In this document: in pieces, positions 27,016 to 35,478 of the stretch | How positions within the stretch are numbered: the first letter of the stretch is position 1 | Layout: each line of letters opens with the position of its first letter | Assembly (NCBI GenBank): GCA_965248435.1 | Contig: OZ252100.1 | Location: forward strand, 1,792,001 to 1,856,000 | From: Candidatus Latescibacterota bacterium | GTDB lineage: Bacteria; Latescibacterota; UBA2968; GCA-2709665 | Direction: 5' to 3' | Length of the DNA stretch: 64,000 nt | Notes under the pieces: generated by a model | What the model saw: only the letters and a program-made list of their open reading frames with translations | The model's database searches: none | Told to the model about the DNA's origin: nothing | Made by a program: the position numbers and the translations under genes

Positions 27016-29110
27016 GCCCACATCAATCCAGACCCGGATTGCTCCCGGCATCCTTTCACTCGCGCTGTTGCTTCTGCCTTTGGTGGGACTGTTAGTCCTG
27101 CCTCTAGTCTACACAGGCCTCGGTGCGGGTGACCTTCTTGCAAAGAGGATGCTCCTCTACCTCCTCGCGTTTGGCCTCTCCGCAATCTGGCTCTTGTCCG
27201 CAATCCGAAAAGCCGCATCCATACCCGCCACGCCACTAACGCTCCCGGCCACGGCCTATGTTGCATTCAATCTTCTCTCCCTCACCTGGGCGACCAATCC
27301 TTTCTCCGGAATGGTAGAGGCCGCTCAGCTCGTTGCACTGCTCATCATCTTTCTCGGTATCGTCCTTTTCATGGGCACGAACCATATTTTGACGCTGGCC
27401 CAGTTCAGTGCGGCAGGTGGGCTGCTCGTCTCCATCATCGGTATTGGTCAGTATCTCGGCCTCGGATTCGAATGGATTCCCTCCGCGGGATTGCCGAGCG
27501 GGGGTTTCCTCTTTCGCAACCTGGCTGCGGCCTATCTCGTGGGCAACATCCCCTTTGGGCTCCTCGCAGTCTTGCTCGATCCTTCACGCCTTCGAAAAAT
27601 TCTCTGGTCGATTGCCACGACCTCGATGGTCCTATTCCTTGTCTACACTCGCACGAGGGGTGCCTGGATCGGGCTGGGGGGTGCCATCCTCCTGGCCTGC
27701 GTCTACCTAGGGTTCAATCGCCCCCTGCGTGAGAATCTGGCCGGCCGCTTTGGCCTCCAGCTCAGGTCTCGGGCCTTGTTTCTCGGAGTTTCGGTCACCC
27801 TGATTGTCCTCATCGGCGGAGCCCTCCTGCCCGCCCGCACCTCGAAGAGGGTTTACCAGCGGTTCGATGAAAGGAAGTCCAGTCCCGCAGTTGCAGCGGC
27901 CTCGCTTCTTGCGCCGGGAAGTGACCGCGGTCGGTTGACGATGTGGAAGCACACCATAGAGATCATCGCTGACCACCCACTCGCCGGGGTTGGCCTCGAC
28001 AACTGGGAGTTTGTCTACCCTCGCTACGACCGGGGAGATAAGATAACGGGCGCCTCAGAACCGGTAAGACCCCACAACGACGTCCTCTGGATCGGCTCAG
28101 AACTCGGCCTGATAGGTCTAGCCTTATATCTGTGGCTCCTTTTCACCGCCTTCCGAAACGTCCACCGCCTGCTTCAGCGAGGGAGCGAAGAAGCACAGAC
28201 AACCGTCCTGGCGTGCGGAGTCGCCCTTGTCGCCCTGCTCGGACACAGCTGCTTCAGCTTCCTGAGAGAACGACCCGCGCCCTCAGTGCTCTTCTGGCTG
28301 TCTCTGGGCATAATTGGCCTGCTTTCTGCACAACGAACGAGCCCGAGAGGCCACTCCGGTTTCCGTGCGGCCGTTCCCGCGCTCGGTCTCCTCATCTCAC
28401 TTGGTGCCTTACACCTCACGTGGCGCCATATCCACTTCGACAGATACTTTCATCGCGCGCTGGCCTACGCCGAATCCGACGCGTGGACGGCGGTAGAGCG
28501 GGAGACCAGGCTCGCGCTTCGAAGCGGTACGTTTGACCACCGTGCCCGGTTCCTCATGGCCAGGGCGTTGCAGGGTCAGGGACGTCACGTGGAGGCGGAA
28601 CGCGCCTACTTGAGGGCCCAACTCGCGCACCCGAACTACGCCCACACCTATTACAACCTGGGACGCGTCTACGAGACGAAGCGGGATTGGACCCGGGCCA
28701 TCGCATCCTACAGGCACGCTCTGGAGATCAGCCCTGAGTATGAGAAGGCCAGGATCCATTTGGGGAACGCCTATGTCTCGACCGGCCGGCTGGATGAGGC
28801 GGTGCGCGAGTTTCAGCAGGGTGCTTCTCGCGGATCTGCGGAGGCGAGGGGAAACCTTGGGGTCGCCTACTTGCAGAAGGGGGACCTCGACCGCGCTATT
28901 GCCGAACTTCAGGAAGCGATCCGTCTGCGCCCAAACTATCCCGAGGCTCACAACAACTTGGCATACGTGTATGAACTGAAGGGCCTTTACCAAGAATCGA
29001 TCGAGGCGTACCAATCCCTGCTGCGCCACTGGAAAGGCGACCCCGGCTATCGAGAAACCGTCGAACGGCACATTCAAGCACTTCGAAACCAGATCGCACT
29101 GGGAAAGTAG
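27002..29110 (+). CDS. O-antigen ligase-like/TPR protein (array member 3)
   Basis: Probable GTG start at 27002 (ORF open from 26954); PSGGFLFRN, YTRTRGAW, FDERK, DRGRLTMW, RPHNDVLW, TPRs. Confidence 0.88.
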   Translation: MKTSRPTSIQTRIAPGILSLALLLLPLVGLLVLPLVYTGLGAGDLLAKRMLLYLLAFGLSAIWLLSAIRKAASIPATPLTLPATAYVAFNLLSLTWATNPFSGMVEAAQLVALLIIFLGIVLFMGTNHILTLAQFSAAGGLLVSIIGIGQYLGLGFEWIPSAGLPSGGFLFRNLAAAYLVGNIPFGLLAVLLDPSRLRKILWSIATTSMVLFLVYTRTRGAWIGLGGAILLACVYLGFNRPLRENLAGRFGLQLRSRALFLGVSVTLIVLIGGALLPARTSKRVYQRFDERKSSPAVAAASLLAPGSDRGRLTMWKHTIEIIADHPLAGVGLDNWEFVYPRYDRGDKITGASEPVRPHNDVLWIGSELGLIGLALYLWLLFTAFRNVHRLLQRGSEEAQTTVLACGVALVALLGHSCFSFLRERPAPSVLFWLSLGIIGLLSAQRTSPRGHSGFRAAVPALGLLISLGALHLTWRHIHFDRYFHRALAYAESDAWTAVERETRLALRSGTFDHRARFLMARALQGQGRHVEAERAYLRAQLAHPNYAHTYYNLGRVYETKRDWTRAIASYRHALEISPEYEKARIHLGNAYVSTGRLDEAVREFQQGASRGSAEARGNLGVAYLQKGDLDRAIAELQEAIRLRPNYPEAHNNLAYVYELKGLYQESIEAYQSLLRHWKGDPGYRETVERHIQALRNQIALGK

Positions 29111-29114
29111 CTGA

Positions 29115-31253
29115 ATGGCGAACCGACCAACCCATCGGCACGCAACTGAAGGCGATACACCCGAACGGGTGACCCGACTCTGCTTTCTGTTCCTTTTCGT
29201 CCTGGTCCCACTCGTCTACCATTCCGAGGTTTTCAGTTTCGCCCTGCTTCCAAAGCGACTCATTCTCCAGGTCTTGTTGCTGGTTTCGGCTATCTTCTGG
29301 GTCTTTGGTTCAAGTCGCGCTTCGATACATAAGACAAGCCTGAACAACCCCGCCCTCCTTTACTTCCTGGTTTCACTCATCGCCTTTACCCAGGTAATCA
29401 ACCCGGTGGAGGGGCTGATCAACCTCAGCCACCAGCTCACTTTTCTGATGCTCTTCCTTGTCCTGGTCAGCACCTTTCAGGTCTCGTCCATCCCGGATCT
29501 CCTTCGCGCGGTGGCGCTCGTCGGTATCTTTGTTTCGATCATCGGAATCATGGAAGCGCGTGGTTTCGATCTGCCCTGGTTTCCGGTTTCCAATGGGCGT
29601 CCGAGCGCGACCTTCGCCTACCGAAACCTCGCTGCCTCGTATTTGATCATGAGCATTCCGTTGAGCGCCGCGCTCTCCCTGACCAGCAAGAGTCATAAAG
29701 ACTTCCTTCTTGGTCTGGTCTCGACAGGTTTGATGGTCGTATTCCTTATTTACACTAGAACGCGGGGTGCCTGGGCTGGCCTGGCTGGAGCAGTCACTGC
29801 GATGGTTCTGCTCCTGGCCTTTGCAAAGGTCAGATGGTCCACGTCGTTCGACGTCTCCAAACACGAGCTACTGAGTCGAAGGGTCCTCACACCCCTGCTC
29901 GTCGTTCTTGCTACATCGATCACACTCTCGTTGCTGCCGCCGGTGATCGCCTCCCAACAAAGTAGAGGCATTGATGAGAAGAAGCAGGACCTGCTCGCGG
30001 CGCTCGCTTCCGTGAAAATCCCGGGCGCCGACAGGGGTCGAAAGGCCATGTGGAGTCACACCCTGGAAATGATTGAGCATCATCCCCTACTCGGTGTTGG
30101 ACCCGGAAACTGGCAGTACCACTATCCCAAATACGATGGCGGGGATATGTTGACCAGCGATTCGGCCCCCCAGCGACCGCACAACGATTTTCTCTGGATC
30201 GCCGCTGAGATCGGTCTGATCGGCCTGTCGGCATACCTTGTGCTTCTTCTGTTCACGGTGAAGGCTGTCCTCTCCATCCTGCGAAAACCCCGACAGCCGT
30301 TGCACGCGATGTATGCCGCGGCGTTCTTTACAAGCCTCCTGGCGATGTTGGGACACAGTCTTTTCAGCTTCCCACGAGAACGATGCGAGACCTCTCTCCT
30401 TTTCTGGGCGGCTGTCGCCATCCTTGCCCTCTTGGACACCCCTCGACCTTCTATCCCGCGGAGGATCTCGTCATCTCCGTTGCGCCGCAATGCGATCAAG
30501 CTCATCCCGATACTCCTCGTCCTTTCAACCTGGATCACCGTCCGCCATCTTCAGTTCGACGTTCACTACTTGCAGGCGCGCCGATACGAAAAGGGAGGTG
30601 ACTTCCGTGCTACGCTCCCGGAGGCCCAAAAGGCACTCTCCTACGGCCCGTTCGACCCTCAGGCCTTTCTACTCCTGTCCAAAGGCCACCAGGCGGCCGG
30701 GCAGTTTCGGGAAGCAAGGGAAGATCTACTCGAGGGTCTGAGCTACCACCCTCATTCCATTCAGTTATTGGGCGATCTGGGGAACTGCTACGCATTCTTG
30801 GACAGCCTGGATCGCGCGGAGCATCTCTTTCGGAACGTACTGGAGATCTTTCCCGGCTACTATCAAATGTATAACAACCTCGGCGGTGTCTACCAGAAAC
30901 GGGGTGAAATCGACAAGGCAATAAAGACCTACACGACTGTCCTGGAAAGAGACCCGAAATACATAGAAGCCTACAGCAACCTTGGGCTGGCCCTTCTGAG
31001 TGCGGATCGAGCGGACGAGGCCATTCAAGTCTATCTAAAGGCGCTGGAGGTCGCTCCGGGGGATGCCGTCCTGCACCACAACCTGGGCGATGCCTACTAT
31101 CATAAAGGCCAAAGCGACCCGGCAGCGCTGCCGCTGGCCCTGGCGGAATATGAGCGTTTTCTGAAACTCTGGAGAGGTGCGCGGCAGGTTCGAGAGACCG
31201 CGCGTAATCGGATTCTGGAGATACGTAAAAGCGGCCACGGGGTGACGGAATGA
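29115..31253 (+). CDS. O-antigen ligase-like/TPR protein (array member 4)
   Basis: 712 aa; PSATFAYRN, YTRTRGAW, IDEKK, DRGRKAMW, RPHNDFLW, TPRs. Confidence 0.88.
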   Translation: MANRPTHRHATEGDTPERVTRLCFLFLFVLVPLVYHSEVFSFALLPKRLILQVLLLVSAIFWVFGSSRASIHKTSLNNPALLYFLVSLIAFTQVINPVEGLINLSHQLTFLMLFLVLVSTFQVSSIPDLLRAVALVGIFVSIIGIMEARGFDLPWFPVSNGRPSATFAYRNLAASYLIMSIPLSAALSLTSKSHKDFLLGLVSTGLMVVFLIYTRTRGAWAGLAGAVTAMVLLLAFAKVRWSTSFDVSKHELLSRRVLTPLLVVLATSITLSLLPPVIASQQSRGIDEKKQDLLAALASVKIPGADRGRKAMWSHTLEMIEHHPLLGVGPGNWQYHYPKYDGGDMLTSDSAPQRPHNDFLWIAAEIGLIGLSAYLVLLLFTVKAVLSILRKPRQPLHAMYAAAFFTSLLAMLGHSLFSFPRERCETSLLFWAAVAILALLDTPRPSIPRRISSSPLRRNAIKLIPILLVLSTWITVRHLQFDVHYLQARRYEKGGDFRATLPEAQKALSYGPFDPQAFLLLSKGHQAAGQFREAREDLLEGLSYHPHSIQLLGDLGNCYAFLDSLDRAEHLFRNVLEIFPGYYQMYNNLGGVYQKRGEIDKAIKTYTTVLERDPKYIEAYSNLGLALLSADRADEAIQVYLKALEVAPGDAVLHHNLGDAYYHKGQSDPAALPLALAEYERFLKLWRGARQVRETARNRILEIRKSGHGVTE

Positions 31254-33523
31254 GGCCAGACTCCTCCAGCGTAGTAGCGATCTCGCTTGGTGCGGCAGCC
31301 GTCCTGATTCCCATCGTTTACCTGCCGGCGACGTTTGACTTTCCACTTCACGCCCGTCTCTTCATCCTCCAATGTCTTTTGATCGTGGGTCTTTTGGGCT
31401 GGGCTATCCGTGCCTTTGAGATGGGTCAGACATCTTGTTCTCCTCTCACCCTCCCACTGATCGTCTACACCGGCATCTCACTCGCCTCGATCACCTGGTC
31501 GACGAACCCTGTAGATGGCATCGTCCAGGGCAGCAGGGTTTTCGCATTTTCATTCCTGGCCCTGCTCGCGGCACACGCGATCAGTCCAAGATTCATACGC
31601 GCCGTCTACGCGGCGGTGGGGGTTGCAGGGGCGGTCGTCTCGCTGATCGGCATCTCGCAATACTTCGGCTGGTCAATCGCCAACAAGATCCCCACAGTTG
31701 GCAATCCCAGTGCCACCTTCGGCTACCGTAATATTGCCGCGAGCTACATCGTCGTGGCCATCCTGCCCGGGGCTGCCCTCGCCTGGACGGCCTCAACGCG
31801 TCGTGCCCAAACGGCCGGCTTTCTGTCAGTTGCCCTGATGGGTCTTTTCCTGATCTACACCAGGACGCGCGGCGCCTGGCTGGGCCTTGCGGGCTCGCTC
31901 TTCGTGGGAATCTTTCTGCTGGTCTGGATTCGGGTTCGATCAGGATCGGACTTGATCGGACTCGCACGTTCCCGTACTCGACTCCTCTTGCTAACAGCCG
32001 CCCTTTTGGTGATCGGGCTCGGTGCGCTTCTCCCACATAGCATGCAACGCGAGGGGAAGTTCAGGTTCGACGAGCGAAAAACGGATGTCGTCACCACCCT
32101 GAGCAAAACATTTTCTCCTTCAGACTCCCGGGGTCGCCTCACCGTGTGGGGCCATACGCTGGAAATGGTAATGGACCATCCGCTGCTCGGTGTCGGTCTT
32201 GGGTCCTGGCAGTACGAATACCCACGCTACGATCGAGGAGATTGGATCACTCACAACGTGGCCCCCCAGCGCCCCCACAACGACCTCTTGTGGATCCTAT
32301 CTGAAACCGGAATCCTCGGTCTTGCCGCTTACTTGTGGATCCTTCTTACGCTGCTGAAAAGTGTTCGCAATAACATCAAGAATCACCCCGACTCACCCCA
32401 GACAACGCTGATTCTCGGTATCAGCCTTGGGATCCTCGCCCTCCTTGGACACAGTATGTTCAGTTTCCCCAGGGAGCGACCGGCCCCTTCGATGATGTTT
32501 TGGATGGGGTTAGGTCTTGCGGTCCGACTTGCCCAGGATCGCGATTCAGACCCTCAACCCGTTTCGCTGCAGAAACCACTACTCGGCGCCACGGCTGCGC
32601 TGGTGGGTGTCGTGTTGATCTGTGGCGTGGTCTTGACCTACCGCCAGGCAAGGTTCGACGCCCACTACCTCCAGGCGCATCTCGCTTGGCGAAAGGAGGC
32701 GTGGCCTAGCGTCGCGTCCGAGACTGGAAACGCCCTTCAGTGGGGTCCCTTCAACCACCGTGCCCTCCTGCTCCGGGGAATAGCATACTGGAAGTTGAAC
32801 CGCAGCGAGGACGCGGTGGAGGCCTACGGGACCTCGCTCAAGTATCACCCCCACGAGGGCCACGGTGCCCTCGCGGCCGCCTACGCCGATCTTGGCCGCG
32901 TTGAGGAAGCTGCCTCCCACTATCGCGTCGAACTCGATCTTTATCCGCGTTCTGCGGCCGCGGCCTACGGCCTTGCGAATGCCCTCGCCTCGAAGAAAGA
33001 TTGGCCCGGGGCATCGGAAGCCTACTTGAAGATCCGGCAGACACGTCCCGATGACCTCGAGGCCAGGTTGGGCCTGGCTGACGCCTACCGACATCTCGAG
33101 CTGTGGACAGAAGCGATCGCGCTATACAGGGGCATCTTGCAGACCGAACGGGCTACGGCCGACATCCAGATCAAGCTGGGGAGCGTCCTGCAGGCAGTTG
33201 GCGATCTGGCTGGCGCGATAAAGGCCTACTCCGAAGCCGTCAGCCTCTCGATGGAGGAGGATCCAAGGCCATACAATAATCTGGGCGCAGTCTACGCACT
33301 GGAGAATCGCTATGGAGAAGCCGAAAAAGCATACAAGAAAGCGCTTGAGCTAGACCCGGACTATGGACGTGCCTACCATAACCTGGGGGACCTCTATGCG
33401 GCACAAGGGAAGGCCAAGCCTGCAATAAGGGCCTATCAAGAATTCATCAAGAGATGGACAGGTGATCCCCGATTCGTCGAGCTCGCCGAAAGCAAGATTC
33501 AGGACCTGAAAGATCGACCCTGA
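31250..33523 (+). CDS. O-antigen ligase-like/TPR protein (array member 5)
   Basis: 757 aa, ATGA overlap with member 4; PSATFGYRN, YTRTRGAW, FDERK, SRGRLTVW, RPHNDLLW, TPRs. Confidence 0.88.
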   Translation: MRPDSSSVVAISLGAAAVLIPIVYLPATFDFPLHARLFILQCLLIVGLLGWAIRAFEMGQTSCSPLTLPLIVYTGISLASITWSTNPVDGIVQGSRVFAFSFLALLAAHAISPRFIRAVYAAVGVAGAVVSLIGISQYFGWSIANKIPTVGNPSATFGYRNIAASYIVVAILPGAALAWTASTRRAQTAGFLSVALMGLFLIYTRTRGAWLGLAGSLFVGIFLLVWIRVRSGSDLIGLARSRTRLLLLTAALLVIGLGALLPHSMQREGKFRFDERKTDVVTTLSKTFSPSDSRGRLTVWGHTLEMVMDHPLLGVGLGSWQYEYPRYDRGDWITHNVAPQRPHNDLLWILSETGILGLAAYLWILLTLLKSVRNNIKNHPDSPQTTLILGISLGILALLGHSMFSFPRERPAPSMMFWMGLGLAVRLAQDRDSDPQPVSLQKPLLGATAALVGVVLICGVVLTYRQARFDAHYLQAHLAWRKEAWPSVASETGNALQWGPFNHRALLLRGIAYWKLNRSEDAVEAYGTSLKYHPHEGHGALAAAYADLGRVEEAASHYRVELDLYPRSAAAAYGLANALASKKDWPGASEAYLKIRQTRPDDLEARLGLADAYRHLELWTEAIALYRGILQTERATADIQIKLGSVLQAVGDLAGAIKAYSEAVSLSMEEDPRPYNNLGAVYALENRYGEAEKAYKKALELDPDYGRAYHNLGDLYAAQGKAKPAIRAYQEFIKRWTGDPRFVELAESKIQDLKDRP

Positions 33524-35478
33524 TGTCCGACATTCGATCTGAAAAGACCTCCCGTCTTGTGGCCTTTGCCTGCTCGACCCTTCTGGTTCTGGTCCCACTG
33601 ATATACTGGACCAGCCTCAGGGACTATGTCCTTCCCCCAAAACTCATCGTCCTCCAAGCCGTCGTGGCACTGACGTTTGCGGCGTGTCTGATCATCAGAC
33701 CGGAGTCGATCCCTGTCCCTTCCTTCGGCCTGCCAGCCTGTGCCTACCTCATACTCAATTCAGTTTCGGTTCTCTACGCCGCAGATCCCGTCGTCGGCCT
33801 CCACGAATTGAACAAGATGCTGAGCGGTTTTCTGCTCTTCCTGCTCGTCGCCAACTGGCTCCGCCCACGCGACGTTCCCCCAATCCTCGTGGCGGGAGCC
33901 GCGTGCGGAATCCTTGTCTCACTTGTGGGCATCTCAGAGTACCTGGGATGGCGACCCTTTATCATTCCCTCAGCCGGGCTCCCGAGCGCAACCTTCGGAT
34001 ACCGAAACCTGGCCGCTATGTACCTGATCCAGTCTATCCCGCTTTGCATCGGGTTGTTCGCGATTGCGCGCTCGAGAGGAATCGCGGTCCTGGCCGCTTC
34101 GTCCGGGGCGCTCATGCTCGTCTTCCTGATCTACACGAGAACGCGGGGTGCCTGGGCCGGCCTGATCGGAAGCTTGTTGATCACACTGGTCATCTGGACC
34201 GCAACACGATCACGAAGGCCTATCTCGCACGCGCGTTTGTCCGTCGCGAAGAAGATCAGCGCCGTTGGGGCCATCCTCCTCGTCGCGGCCATCGGCTGGC
34301 TGCCCTCCAACCTGCCCAAAATCGGGCCTCAGAGTATCGACGAAAAGAAGGCATCGATCGCTACGGCCTTCACATCCGTAGCCGAGCAAGGGGCTGGTCG
34401 GGGCCGCCTCATCCTGTGGAAGCATACATTGGAGATGGTCCAGGATCACGCAGCCCTCGGCGTCGGCCTGGGCAACTGGGCGGTACACTATCCTCTTTAC
34501 GACCGGGGAGACCCAATCACCTTCTCCGCCGCGCCGGAGCGTCCTCACAACGACGCCCTCTGGATTCTCTCCGAGGTCGGCCTTCTGGGATTCATATGCT
34601 ATATCTGGCTAGCGATTTTGGTCCTCAAGGCCGTTTGGAGACACCTGGCTTCGTCGAATCAGCAGACCCGATGGATGGCCGCCGCCTGTTTTGCGAGTCT
34701 CCTGGCCATATCGGGACACAGCCTCTTTTCGTTTCCTCGGGAACGGATTCCGCCCACCATGCTCTTCTGGTTGAGTCTGGGGCTCCTGGCTGCACTGGAG
34801 AGACCCGCTCGTAGGGTCTGGAGGGCCTCCGCGACCCGGGTGATGCTCATCCTGGCCCTCTTGCTGGCCCTCCTCCAGTTCCGGTTCACGATGCGCGTGT
34901 GTGACTTCGAAGCTCACACGCAGGCCGCGAGAAACGCGCAGCTCGAAAACGACATGCCCAAAATGTCTCACGAAGCGGCGGCAGCACTCGACGCGGGGGC
35001 CTTCCATCCAGAGGCGATTCACTTGAAGGGCTATGCGTTAAACCAAATGGGGGAATTTCCGAAATCCAGAGACCTGTATCGTTCAGCCCTTCATAAGCGG
35101 CCGTACGATATCCAACTGCTCAACGGAATGGCCATCGCCTCTCAAAATATCGGACACCACGAGGAGGCACTCGGTCTTTATGGCCGAGCGCTCGAGCTGA
35201 TACCGAATCTTATCGATATCCGCTACAACCAGGGTGGGCTCTACACAAAAATGGGTCGCCTGACCGAAGCGATCAACGTCTATCAAAAAATCATTGAGCA
35301 GCGGCCCGAAGAAGCTCAGGCTCATTTTGCCCTGGGTGATCTGTCTAACCGCCTGGGACGCCTCCTGGACGCTGTGGAGTCATACAGGGCCTTCCTCAAA
35401 TACTGGAAGGGTGACGCCCGATATGTAGAAATGGCCCAAACTCGAATTTCAAGAATTGAATCTTTGAAGATGAGATGA
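33523..35478 (+). CDS. O-antigen ligase-like/TPR protein (array member 6)
   Basis: 651 aa, TGATG overlap; PSATFGYRN, YTRTRGAW, IDEKK, GRGRLILW, RPHNDALW, TPRs. Confidence 0.88.
   Translation: MSDIRSEKTSRLVAFACSTLLVLVPLIYWTSLRDYVLPPKLIVLQAVVALTFAACLIIRPESIPVPSFGLPACAYLILNSVSVLYAADPVVGLHELNKMLSGFLLFLLVANWLRPRDVPPILVAGAACGILVSLVGISEYLGWRPFIIPSAGLPSATFGYRNLAAMYLIQSIPLCIGLFAIARSRGIAVLAASSGALMLVFLIYTRTRGAWAGLIGSLLITLVIWTATRSRRPISHARLSVAKKISAVGAILLVAAIGWLPSNLPKIGPQSIDEKKASIATAFTSVAEQGAGRGRLILWKHTLEMVQDHAALGVGLGNWAVHYPLYDRGDPITFSAAPERPHNDALWILSEVGLLGFICYIWLAILVLKAVWRHLASSNQQTRWMAAACFASLLAISGHSLFSFPRERIPPTMLFWLSLGLLAALERPARRVWRASATRVMLILALLLALLQFRFTMRVCDFEAHTQAARNAQLENDMPKMSHEAAAALDAGAFHPEAIHLKGYALNQMGEFPKSRDLYRSALHKRPYDIQLLNGMAIASQNIGHHEEALGLYGRALELIPNLIDIRYNQGGLYTKMGRLTEAINVYQKIIEQRPEEAQAHFALGDLSNRLGRLLDAVESYRAFLKYWKGDARYVEMAQTRISRIESLKMR

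Noticed and set aside
33684-34814. 376-aa alternative-frame ORF, and 36630-37655 on the minus strand
   Set aside because: They lie wholly within ligase genes and show no recognisable motif; the first is low-complexity Arg/Pro-rich and the second is an antisense shadow.
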